64,000 nt of DNA. Origin: Vicinamibacterales bacterium (GTDB taxonomy: Bacteria > Acidobacteriota > Vicinamibacteria > Vicinamibacterales > UBA2999). Of the stretch, positions 9,401-18,300 are shown piece after piece (within the stretch, counting starts at the first letter, position 1; each line of letters starts with the position of its first letter). Location: contig DATJJE010000021.1 of NCBI GenBank assembly GCA_035492455.1, positions 104,242 to 168,241 on the forward strand, written 5' to 3'. The notes under the pieces were generated by a model. It was given only the letters and a program-made list of their open reading frames with translations, was not told the origin of the DNA and did not search any database. A program made the translations under genes and the position numbers.

Positions 9401-11955
9401 GACGGATCGCCGGTGATCTGCGCCGGCTTGTCGTAGAGCATCTGATAGCGGCTCTCGGACCGTTGGGCCTCGGACGCACCTGCGACGTGCACGAACGCCG
9501 GCTCTCGGTAGGCCGCCGCTACCTGCTCGCCAGGAATCAGCCCGTTCGCAACGTGAAGATCCATCGCTGCGCCGTGGTACCCGAGCTGCAGCGCGTGCCG
9601 CAACATGTGATACAGAAGCGCGTTCGGCAGCTTCCCTTCGCTGAACCCAATCTGCTGACGGAGATCGTCGAACGCGTGCTCCGCCTTGTCGCGGCACCAC
9701 TCGATGTAGTTCTGGCCGGTGTCGGTGCAGACAGGCAGTGCTTCGTTCTCCGACAACGGCGCAACGTCGACCGCAGGACGGTTCATCGGTCCTTCGACGT
9801 ACGACTCGAACTTCTCGACGATCTCTGGAGCGGTCCCCGAATACCCGAGCGTGCCGAGCAGGCTGACGCCTGCCTGCATCTCGTGGCGCATGACGGACTC
9901 GAGGCTTTCGCGCCGCCGGTAGCGGAACTTCAGCTCGTTCCATAAGCGATCCGCGCTATCAAGCACGTGCACGTGGAAGTCCACCGATGAGGGGTGCAGG
10001 CCGAGGATGTCGAGCAGGAGCTTCTGCGGATCCGGCGTGGCCTGGCCGACGTGCGGCGCGTTCTCTCCGAATCCACGCCAGAACGAGTCGCCGAGCGCCC
10101 GCAGGAGCGTGAAGAGCGCCCTGAGAAAACGCACGTGCGCGCCGGCCGCGCCGTCGGGCACCGGGCGTGTGGCATCCAACCACGTGATGCGACTGAAGGC
10201 GGTGGTCGGCAGGATGCCGTACGGCTGGCGACCGACACGCACTGCGGGAACTGCGCCACGCCCCGACACACGGTCGATAAAGTGACGTCGTGTCTGCTCG
10301 ATCGCCGCCGCATCGAACACCGGCCGCATCTGCGTGTCCATCCAGTAGCCGAGCGTCGCGGGCCAGAGCGCTGCGTTCATCGCGCGCGCGTCCGCCTGGT
10401 CGCTGCCTGACGCGCCGGGAATCGGCTGGAAGACGTCGGCGCTGATGCCGAGCGCTTCGGCAATCGCAAGTCCGTCTTTCTTCTCGTACGCCGTGGTCGC
10501 CGCGGCGTCGAACGCGTCAACGCCTTCCGCCGCGATGCGAGACGAGGCAAACAGTGCGTCCGCCTCCTCGACGCGGCTCCAGCCCGATGCGGCGTCTTCG
10601 GTGTTGTTCGTCGGCGTTCCCTGCCGGACTATCGCGAAGCCGGCCTGGCTGCGGAACTGATTCCGAATCAACGATTCGAGCTCCTGCTGACTCGTGCGCT
10701 CGTCGGATGCGAGCCTGAGGCCAATCACATAAAGCCGCTCGAACCCGACCTGCGCCTGTTGAGGGGTAAGCGCGACGCGGAATCCCATGCCGGCCGCGAC
10801 TGCGGTGTCGAAGTCCGTCATCCATTTCAGCGCCTCGGGCACGTTGATATCGGCACCGGCAGCGCTGAACTGATCGGCCCCTTCCGCCAGCGGATCGGGC
10901 CCGATGGGGAGTGGCTGTGTGATGGGGCCGCCGAGGAACTCGACGTGCGCACCGCCGCTCTCGCCGACGAGCACGAACCGGTCGGGCAGCACGGGCGCAC
11001 GCGGCGGACGCGTCCACGCCTGCCGTTTCACCGCCGCCGTGCCGACCGGCGTCATGACGACGAACACGACGTCAACGCGGACCGTCGCACGGTCGACGCC
11101 GGCCTGTGGCCGCTCCTTCACATTGAACGGGATGACCGTCTTCCGGATCTGTTGAGCGCGCGCGTCGCCGACGGCGGCGCGAAGATCGGCGAACGCCTGC
11201 GTGTCGTGCCCCGCGCGCCACGTGGTCGTCCAGTACGCGACGATCGCCGCCTTCTCCGCCGCGCCGGCTATCGCGGCGTCGATCGGGATGACGAGGATGA
11301 CGTCGTCCGACCGCGTGCGCACCGGAAGCGCATCTGATGCCGGCAGCGGTGCGTACTGGCCGACGAGATAGACGGCGCGTCCGGCGCCCTGCGCTGCGCA
11401 CAACTCGCGCCACGCGGCGCGCTCGATCCCTTCGTCGCCTCCCGCCCTGAAGATCCCGGACCAGTAGCGGCGGAGGTTTTGGACTTCGGTTTCGGAGAGA
11501 TCCGGCTCGAAGCCGTCGACGAGACAGTCGTCCGGGTAAATCCGCACGAGCAGCTCGGTCGGCGGACCGGGCTGTCCGCCCGGCGAGACGAAGCGCGTCT
11601 CCAGCCGCACGGGGAGCAACAGAATGGGGAACCGCGCAGCGAGCTCGCCGATGGCGCGTCGCGGATCCGACATCGGCTCGAACCGATCGCGAATCCCCTT
11701 TACGGCCTCGACCGCCGCGCGGCTGGCAGCGTCGAGCCTCGCGCCCTCTGCACGCGCGCGCTCGAGGCTCGCCTGCAGCCGTTCACGCTCCTCGCGCTGC
11801 TTCGGGTCGCGTTCGTCGAAGCGCCGCTCGAGTTGACGCAGGTCGCGCTCGAGCCGTTTGAGGCGCTCGCGCTCGACGAACAGCGTGCGTTCTGCGTCGG
11901 CGGCTATCTGCGTCGCGGTCGCGAGCTGACGGCGAAGGTCGCTGAGATCGGCCAT
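6403..11955 (-). CDS. giant hypothetical protein, giant operon gene 4 of 5 (about 1850 aa) with an N-terminal coiled coil
   Basis: The track ORF starts at TTG 11967, overlapping the upstream stop. The ATG at 11955 is preceded by GAGG at appropriate spacing, so it is the likelier start. The first ~95 aa are heptad-like and charged (RERLKRLERDLRQLERRFDERDPKQREERERLQASLERARAE), followed by FPILLLPVRLETRF. The remainder has no motif I can assign, and there is no signal peptide or TM segment. Confidence 0.85.
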   Translation of the reverse strand: MADLSDLRRQLATATQIAADAERTLFVERERLKRLERDLRQLERRFDERDPKQREERERLQASLERARAEGARLDAASRAAVEAVKGIRDRFEPMSDPRRAIGELAARFPILLLPVRLETRFVSPGGQPGPPTELLVRIYPDDCLVDGFEPDLSETEVQNLRRYWSGIFRAGGDEGIERAAWRELCAAQGAGRAVYLVGQYAPLPASDALPVRTRSDDVILVIPIDAAIAGAAEKAAIVAYWTTTWRAGHDTQAFADLRAAVGDARAQQIRKTVIPFNVKERPQAGVDRATVRVDVVFVVMTPVGTAAVKRQAWTRPPRAPVLPDRFVLVGESGGAHVEFLGGPITQPLPIGPDPLAEGADQFSAAGADINVPEALKWMTDFDTAVAAGMGFRVALTPQQAQVGFERLYVIGLRLASDERTSQQELESLIRNQFRSQAGFAIVRQGTPTNNTEDAASGWSRVEEADALFASSRIAAEGVDAFDAAATTAYEKKDGLAIAEALGISADVFQPIPGASGSDQADARAMNAALWPATLGYWMDTQMRPVFDAAAIEQTRRHFIDRVSGRGAVPAVRVGRQPYGILPTTAFSRITWLDATRPVPDGAAGAHVRFLRALFTLLRALGDSFWRGFGENAPHVGQATPDPQKLLLDILGLHPSSVDFHVHVLDSADRLWNELKFRYRRRESLESVMRHEMQAGVSLLGTLGYSGTAPEIVEKFESYVEGPMNRPAVDVAPLSENEALPVCTDTGQNYIEWCRDKAEHAFDDLRQQIGFSEGKLPNALLYHMLRHALQLGYHGAAMDLHVANGLIPGEQVAAAYREPAFVHVAGASEAQRSESRYQMLYDKPAQITGDPSRTVADFIPEWLATAGSSSVLADQIEALRVLEPASTARLERAFAEHIDLCTYRWDAWMLSIVREQLAAMRRPQGGAEARREGVYLGAYGWLEHVKPDPPALSPVTLSDELGAVFNTPGQPPLQRDAANGGHVLAPSLNHAVTSAVLRSGYLNNASPANPDLFAVDLSSARVRVALQFVEGIRNGQPLGALLGYQFERRLHDRHAEAETDAFIYQVRKAFPLVAKRISDSVEGDANDTAIENVEARNVCDGLLLLEHVRTNVTKTYPWGKDLDRGTAAQEAIINEEVTALFDIHDAIADVAIAESVHQLTMGNADRAAAAMDAYGKSTFPPEPEVVRTPRTGVSLTHRVALHLPVDAVAGAGATPRAEAEPATDRWLAGVLPPMNELVVRVRYTNTVGGSGEQVDDVSMQALGLQPIDLLYVADPDSEPAMNDLDDRIAHRVITSNTLAPDAKLTIRYTEPVPNRKTWFETAPLIASLKSLIVNARPLRPSDAALETEATSGANAAVDVPSARVTTARNRVDTLRQDAIAMVTTLTTLVDPSAAFAALVNAIDAALSDFHDLQRRAGLCGVTLAGSGEATRGAREWFALVRGKAHKVSVFWTDKLAECDSAIAEATAPATADSLRVPALVRAEQAVSTSYTVPPPDVATFLPIVNAKRAAFIAVKSQVDAVETSAATAIRPLWTAWSATFAPRRLHDITVIDTSSEESQLRVLLADMHQQLAGLVRELDKRLKTADDAITAAGAAAPEQRAQLLVDAASALFGEGFRVLPRFTLAAAQADEWQNAYDGRASLLTHTGTSHDFPVDDWLYGVARVRAKMHDLEKVIQITGAFDLSEPALDPIQLPFVAGDPWLAAELPPTFDITTAGEHLLYTAIYTPGGFDKTASAHGGLMLDEWTEVIPGTAETAGLAFHYDRPNSEPPHAMLLVTPASASEMWQWSDVERAVPETFALARTRAAEPRDISPTPLARLLPATLMAFTSSGISIASQLHAADVMFAAREV

Positions 11956-11963
11956 GTCGCGCC

Positions 11964-14900
11964 TCAATCCTTCGGCAGCATCTCGGCCGCGTGCACCGCG
12001 ACAAGCACCGGAAGCTGGTAGAGCACGTATGCGACGTCAGCGGCATTGGTGTTCTCGTTCCACCGGAATTGACGGTCCTCGAGGTGCTGCTCCATCTCCT
12101 CCTCGCCTTCGGTCGACGGCGGCGCCACGGTCAACTCGTGAGTCTGCATCCCGGGTCTGATGCGCAGGTAATGCTGCTCCGTCGTCACGTCACCCCACGC
12201 AAGATCGCTCCAGGTGTTGATTGGCGACCCGCCGCGGTCGATGTCCAGGCCGAACCGCGGCTCGCCGGGCCGCTCCTTGATCACGAAGAACCACCCTGCG
12301 TCGTCCGTCTCGGGATTGCCCTTCGCTTCCGCGACGGTCAGGTCAAAGCCAAAGAACGTGATGTCCGGATCGACCCGTGCTTCGTAGAGCGGCGTCTTCA
12401 CTTTGTCGCGCGGCGGATCCGATTCCTCGGCATCCGTCAGCGCGATCGGCTCGCGTATAAGCGATTTGTCGATGACGCCGTTGGTCCTCTGCCAGTCCGC
12501 TTTGTGTGCGTAGATCACCGCTGTCGGGTAGCGCTTCAACAGCTCTCCGCGGATTGACAGCACGACTTCGTCTCGAGGTTCGCTGCCTGGTGGCTGTCGG
12601 TTGTCGTGTGCGCCGAGCGTCGAGTCCTTGCTCCACTTGTGCAGCTTCGGGATGTCGTACAGCTTTTCCCGCAGCGCGTCGGCCGACAGCCCTTCCGTCT
12701 CGCGGTAGCCGCTGACGTCCCAGAACTGGCGGAAGTAGCTGCCCCGTTGATCCGTCGGGTATTCGCGGAACAGCAGCTCACGCGCGAACTCGTGATTCAG
12801 CCCGACCATGTAGCTCTCGATGAAGGGCTGGTTCGTCTCGAGGAGGCTGATGCTGTTCTGCGGGATCAGGCCGATGTTCGGCAGAAACAGCTCGCTGCCA
12901 AGCACGGTCAGCGGCCGGAACATCGCTTCGTCGATCCGCGGGTACGCCATCGCTTCGACGAAGTCTTCGCGTAAGCCATCCCTGATGCGATCGGGAATAC
13001 GCACGTTCTTGTAGAAGCGGCGAGGAATGGTGCGCGCCGGGTCGATCGCCGTGAGCACGTCCGACGCGAGTGCGGGCAGATCGAGCACGGTTCGAACCAT
13101 CGGGACGTTCACTCGCGACTCGTCGCGCGCCAGTTCGAGTGCGGAGCGGAGCGCGGTCTTGAATCGCTGCGCGTCGGCGGAGTCGGGCCCACGCGAAGCG
13201 GACTCCTCGAACGCGCCGCCAAACGGCGTCACGCTGAAAGACGCGTCGGCCGGCAGCGTCGCAACGGACTCGACCGTCTCGCGCTCCGGGAGGATCGCAT
13301 CCGATGCTTCGACCACCGCTGCCTGACGCCGCAGGTAGGTGAACGCTCCGACCACCAACACGGCGATGACCATCGCGAGTGCTCCGAGGCCAATGAGCAC
13401 CAGCAGAAGGGCGACAATCAGCCCGGCAATCAGCGCCCAGAACAGCAACCCCGGCGTGCGCACGAGATCGACGATCCACGCCGGCACGGTCGCGACCAGC
13501 GCGCGCGCAATCCCTGTCACCGTCGCCGCACCGGGCGGCACTGCAGGAGGCTGCGCCGACGTCAGCGTGCCCGCGTTCAGCCGCTGCACAATCTGCATCC
13601 CGACAACGCGAGCACCCTCCGCCGGCGCGAGTACCCGCGTCAGGCGGCCGTTCGGCCTGACGACGCGACGCATCGCGGTACTCGTGGCCGTCGTGGGTAC
13701 GCGACTCTCGACGATCTGTTTGTGAACGGTGTACGCGCTGCCGCCGGCGACAATGCGCTTGTTGATCGGCCCGGCCACCGCGAGGAATTGCTCGGGCGCG
13801 CGCTGCTGTAGCACCGTCAGATGCCTGGTGTGCCACGACAGTGACACCGCCTTGCCCAGCTGCGCGAGCCGCATCAGCCGGTTGGCTTCGAGCACGTCGC
13901 CAATCTGCTGCCACGCGGCGTTCATGTAGTCTTCCTGCCGATCCCGCACGACCTTGGTGCCGAGACCGGCCGCGGCACGGTGCCGCGGATCCAGATTCAG
14001 CCGGTGGACCCAGTTGTCGAGATGATCCTCCGGGGTGCCGTCGCGCTTCTTCAACAGCCGCTTGGTGAGTGAGTGCCACGTGCCGTACAGCGGCGGCGTG
14101 ATTACCGGATCGGGGTCCGTCTCGCCGTCCGGCAGCGCACCGACCAGATCCGGCACGTCGGGAGCGTTGTGTGCATCTTCCGCCGTCTTGTCGGAGTACT
14201 CGTCGGCCAGGTTGATGAACGCCGCGAGGTCGCGTTGAAACTGATGCGGCCGCGGCTCGTCCCATCGCTCGAACCGATCGGCTTCGGCGATCTGGTCGTC
14301 GGTCAGCGCTTCGTCCGGCACCTTCAAAGCGCCGCCGAGACGCAGCACGCCGTTGTTGTCGGGCCCGGTAATGCCGTTCAGATACGTCGCGGGACGCTGC
14401 ACGTCGATGTCGCGCCGGCCGACCCTCGCGTCCATCGGCTGCGGCTGCAGCAGCCTGACCAGGTACTCGAAATCGCCGGCGTTGCCGGTGCGGAAGTACC
14501 AACGGTGGTAATACGGCAGGCTGTTCCCCGACAGGTTCGCGCGCTGCGGATGCGCCTCCCATGCGCCGCGCATCGCATCGTCCACTTTCGTCAGGTCGAG
14601 TGCCAGGCCGGCGACACGTCCGGTCTCGAACGTCGGCACCAGGAACGCGTGATACGCCTTGTTTGGCTCGAGCTGCCGCGGACAGACGAGCCGCGAATAC
14701 GCGAGGTCCGGGTTCTCGCCGAGCACGGCGTCGAGGCGTCCGGCGATGGCGGCGCCGTCGCTGCTGACGATCTCGGTCTCGTTCGTCCCGAGATTCCGAT
14801 TGACGTGCACGTGCGCCCACGCCCACAACTCTTCTTTCGCGGGGAGCATCGTCAGATCAGTGACGTCGATGAAGGGGAGCGGCTTGCCTGTCGCGTCGCC

Positions 14901-15308
14901 GTCGGTGAACTCACCCTCCTCGAGCACCACCAACGCAATCCACGGCCGGTGCCGGTGCGCTGTCCGATCCGCGCGCGCCGGGGTGTAGCGCCACGGAAAG
15001 TCTTCGTCGTAGAACTCGACGTGCGCGAGGTAATTCGACTCGAAATTGGTGATCCAGTCTTTCGGCTCGGTTTTGACGATGGCTCGGCGCTCGATGCCGA
15101 TGACGTCGCCCGGACCGAACAGGCCGACCGCGCGCGGAATCGGCACGTCCGGGATCGCGGCGCCGATGCTCTCGACGTGCAGCATCACCTGGACGTCCAC
15201 GTCCGCTCGCAGCGATGGGTTCGGGGAGGACTCGTCCTGCGTGATGCTATTGCTCAGCCCTTGCCGGAGCCACGGAAGAAACGTGTAGGTCGCGAGTGGA
15301 TGCGCCAT
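11964..15308 (-). CDS. large hypothetical membrane-anchored protein, giant operon gene 3 of 5 (1114 aa)
   Basis: The ATG at 15308 lies 4 nt after the upstream stop (15313-15315). A single strongly hydrophobic ~39-aa stretch sits mid-protein (LLFWALIAGLIVALLLVLIGLGALAMVIAVLVVGAFTYL, DNA about 13335-13452). Flanking regions are soluble-looking. Conspicuous motifs are FLPWLRQG, DFPWRYTP and LNHEFARELLFREYPTDQRGSYFRQFWD. Confidence 0.85.
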   Translation of the reverse strand: MAHPLATYTFLPWLRQGLSNSITQDESSPNPSLRADVDVQVMLHVESIGAAIPDVPIPRAVGLFGPGDVIGIERRAIVKTEPKDWITNFESNYLAHVEFYDEDFPWRYTPARADRTAHRHRPWIALVVLEEGEFTDGDATGKPLPFIDVTDLTMLPAKEELWAWAHVHVNRNLGTNETEIVSSDGAAIAGRLDAVLGENPDLAYSRLVCPRQLEPNKAYHAFLVPTFETGRVAGLALDLTKVDDAMRGAWEAHPQRANLSGNSLPYYHRWYFRTGNAGDFEYLVRLLQPQPMDARVGRRDIDVQRPATYLNGITGPDNNGVLRLGGALKVPDEALTDDQIAEADRFERWDEPRPHQFQRDLAAFINLADEYSDKTAEDAHNAPDVPDLVGALPDGETDPDPVITPPLYGTWHSLTKRLLKKRDGTPEDHLDNWVHRLNLDPRHRAAAGLGTKVVRDRQEDYMNAAWQQIGDVLEANRLMRLAQLGKAVSLSWHTRHLTVLQQRAPEQFLAVAGPINKRIVAGGSAYTVHKQIVESRVPTTATSTAMRRVVRPNGRLTRVLAPAEGARVVGMQIVQRLNAGTLTSAQPPAVPPGAATVTGIARALVATVPAWIVDLVRTPGLLFWALIAGLIVALLLVLIGLGALAMVIAVLVVGAFTYLRRQAAVVEASDAILPERETVESVATLPADASFSVTPFGGAFEESASRGPDSADAQRFKTALRSALELARDESRVNVPMVRTVLDLPALASDVLTAIDPARTIPRRFYKNVRIPDRIRDGLREDFVEAMAYPRIDEAMFRPLTVLGSELFLPNIGLIPQNSISLLETNQPFIESYMVGLNHEFARELLFREYPTDQRGSYFRQFWDVSGYRETEGLSADALREKLYDIPKLHKWSKDSTLGAHDNRQPPGSEPRDEVVLSIRGELLKRYPTAVIYAHKADWQRTNGVIDKSLIREPIALTDAEESDPPRDKVKTPLYEARVDPDITFFGFDLTVAEAKGNPETDDAGWFFVIKERPGEPRFGLDIDRGGSPINTWSDLAWGDVTTEQHYLRIRPGMQTHELTVAPPSTEGEEEMEQHLEDRQFRWNENTNAADVAYVLYQLPVLVAVHAAEMLPKD

Positions 15309-15312
15309 AGAG

Positions 15313-18300
15313 TCAGGCTGCTTCCGATGCAGGAATTACGTGCAGCTTCCCGGCGGCCGATGGATTGTCCTTCACCACGCGCGTCATGTAGTCGCGCGCT
15401 TCAGGCTCGCTGCCAAACGTAGTCGCACTCTCATGCGGCTGATTCGTGTCGACGCTGGCGACAAGGAACGCATCGCCGGCGACGGCGACCTTGTCGGCGC
15501 CGAATGGATCGAGCTGCGAACGATAGGCGCGGCTGAGCGTGCTCTTCGCTACTGCGCCAGCCTTCAGGTCGTGCGCGAACAGACCGGGGTTCACCTTGCG
15601 CACGCGCTGATGCCGCTTGTATTCGCTGTCGATCAGCAGCTCCTCGTAGCGGACGATTCGCCGCGCCATGTGATCGGTCGCGAGCGGAGCACCCGTGACG
15701 CCGAGGTCGAGACCGCCGTTGACGGCCTCGAACGACGGCCGCGAGAGCTTCGCCGCATCGTCCATGTCCTGGAACTGCGCGATGGCGAAGCGTTCGCGCA
15801 CGTCCGCTTTCCTCTCGAGCGCGCCGGCGCCGGCGACGAGCTCGAAACGGCGCGCGTCGCTCGATTTCTGCGTGCCCAGCTTGTCGACCGGGATGCCGAG
15901 CGGCACGAGCCGCTGCGTGACGCGGAGCGTGCCGAGCGGATGCAGCACGAGGCCATCCACCTCCTCGTCGAGCGCGCGCAGCGAGACGAGCAGGTTGTTG
16001 GCCGCCGGCAGTGCCGCCGTCCAGTTCTCGCGCTTCTCGAACTCCGCCTTGAGCAGAGGAACGAGCGCAATCGGCGGCAGCGTCGCGCCGCCGCTTTCAC
16101 CCCACGTGACGTCGAAGTCGGCGCTGATCGAGAAGAAGAAGAATGAGATGTGGCCGGTGCCGCGCGCGTGCCACGGCGTCGGTCCCTCGAGGCTCAGCTC
16201 CACGCGCACGCTGAGCAGGCTCATTCCCGCGACCTTCAGGCTCAGCGAGATGTTCACCTCGATGACGAAGTGGAAAGGCGAGAACTGGAACAACGCGTCG
16301 AAACCGAAATGCCCCGAGATGCCGAAGCTGTCGAATCCGAACCGCAGCTCCGCGTTCGCGCCTATCTGCACGGTGTTGCTGGTGACCGCGAAGTAGGTCT
16401 CCACGCGCACCATCGCGTTCTCTTCGTTCAGAATGCAGAGCGAGAGACGCGCGGGGCTCGGAAACGGCAGCGCGGGCGGCGAGAAGCGCGGATGGAAGCC
16501 CCCCACCGTGAAGACGAACACGGCATCGCCGCCCCACTTGAGCAGCAGGCCCATCTCCCCTTCGAGCGTGATGAAGAGAATGCGGCTCTCGAAGATCACC
16601 GCGAAGAAGAACAGCCGCTGCTTGTCGAACTCGATGGCGCCGGCGAAGACGACCTGCAGGATGAGGATGGCGTCGTCCGGGGTCGGCAGCGCGAGCCGGA
16701 GCACACCGATGATGGCAATGTTGCCGGGGATTTCGATGATCACGCCGAGCGACACGCTCACAAGCGTGGGAGTGCCCCAGCCGATCTTCGCCATCGGGCC
16801 GATCAGGAACTTGCCGACGTACGGAGGGAAGATCGTGCGCAGATCGCTGATGATGCGCGGCGCGTTGGCGATGATGTCGCCGGTCGGGAACATGATCGAA
16901 TTGATCGTCCCGGTGCGCACGCCGATGAGGAGCGCCTCGAGCACCATCGTCCGGTTCAGCCCGAGGAGGCCGCCGAGACCGACCAGCGAAAAGCCCATCC
17001 CGAGCTGGATGCCGGGCATGAACTCGACGCTGATGATCACGAGAAGGCTGAAGCCTTTCGAGCCGTCGGGCATCTTCGTCGTGATCAGCGCGATGGCGGT
17101 GATCGAGATGGTGTCGAGGATGCTCAGCTGAACGATGCCGGCGTACTCCTCCTTCTCGAAATCGAAGAACAAGTATCCGCCACCGCGCACCGCCCCGGCG
17201 TCGATCGACAGGCCCACGCCTTTCGGCGGCTTGAACCCGACGGACAGGTCCATGGGCCCCAGATTTCCCTTCGTGAATCGTGCGTAGAGGCCGATGCCCA
17301 TCTCCTCGACCGCGACCTTCAGCGGTCCGAGATCGCCGTTCAACGTCAGGCCCGCTTCGACTCGAATCTTCGGGTCAGGATCTGCCGGCACTGCGAGCGA
17401 CAGTTTCAGATCGGGAATCTCGACCGGCCCGAGTTTCAGGTGAGGATGCAGCGCGACCTCGAAGTTGATCGATCCGCGGAAACCGAGGCCGTGCTTGCTG
17501 CTCCAATCGATCGCGAGCGGAATGCCGACCTTCGTTTCTCCCTCGCCGAGGAGCGTGCGGAGAAAGCCGTCGCCCTCTCCTGCGGCGAGCACGACGGCAA
17601 GATCCTTCAGTTCGAAGGTCAGCGTCACCTCGATATCGTCAATGCGCCCGGTCGCGGCGATACCGGCGCGGAACCCCTGCATCTGCAGGCGTACGCCGCC
17701 GGCGGCGCCGAAGATGATCAGCGGGTCATCGGGAGCGAAATTGACGGCGACTCCGAACGTAACGCTCGGCACCGTCGAAGCGTCCATGAATGGATACTTG
17801 ACGGTGAGCCCCTCTGGACGAATCAGCACGCCGAACTGCTGCGCGATGTCGCTGCCGGCGGTGATCTCGAGTGATGTGTCGTCGCTCAGCTCGAAGGTGA
17901 ACGGAATCACGGACGGCACGCCGGGCTGAATCACGAGCCCGGGTTTGAGGCCGTCCTTCGCGGGCAGCGGCAGCAGCTGGAACGAGAGCTCCACCGGCGT
18001 GCCGGCGACGGCCGTGTAGTAAAACGGCCATTTCAGCCCGCGCGCGCCGCGATGGTAGACGTTGTGCCCGGCGGTCCCCGCATACGCGCCAAAGACGTCC
18101 CTGGGCGGACGAAACACCACGACCGGGAAATCGAGCGCGTCGAGGAACCCTGCCAGGTGCTGGCAGATCAGATCCATCTTCAGCGTGTCGGTCCCCCAGC
18201 CATAGACCCGCTGCAGAATCAGATGCGGATCCTGCAGCAGCTTCGGGATCTCCTCCCAGTTGAAGACCTGGCGCACGTAGCCGTGCTGCGTGGCGGTGTC

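Noticed and set aside
6598-11413. Many 60-530-aa ORFs on both strands inside the 1850-aa gene (e.g. 7318-8904, 8945-9943, 8986-9945, 10759-11337)
   Set aside because: Same reasoning. They are Arg-rich shadow frames nested in one continuous 5.5-kb ORF whose translation has normal amino-acid composition.
12778-14826. 682-aa minus-strand ORF, plus 14073-15422 (+, 449 aa) and other long ORFs inside the 1114-aa gene
   Set aside because: These are alternative or antisense frames of a better-supported gene. Their translations are Arg/Ala/Gly/Pro-rich low complexity, typical of shadow ORFs in GC-rich DNA, and they have no RBS or motifs.
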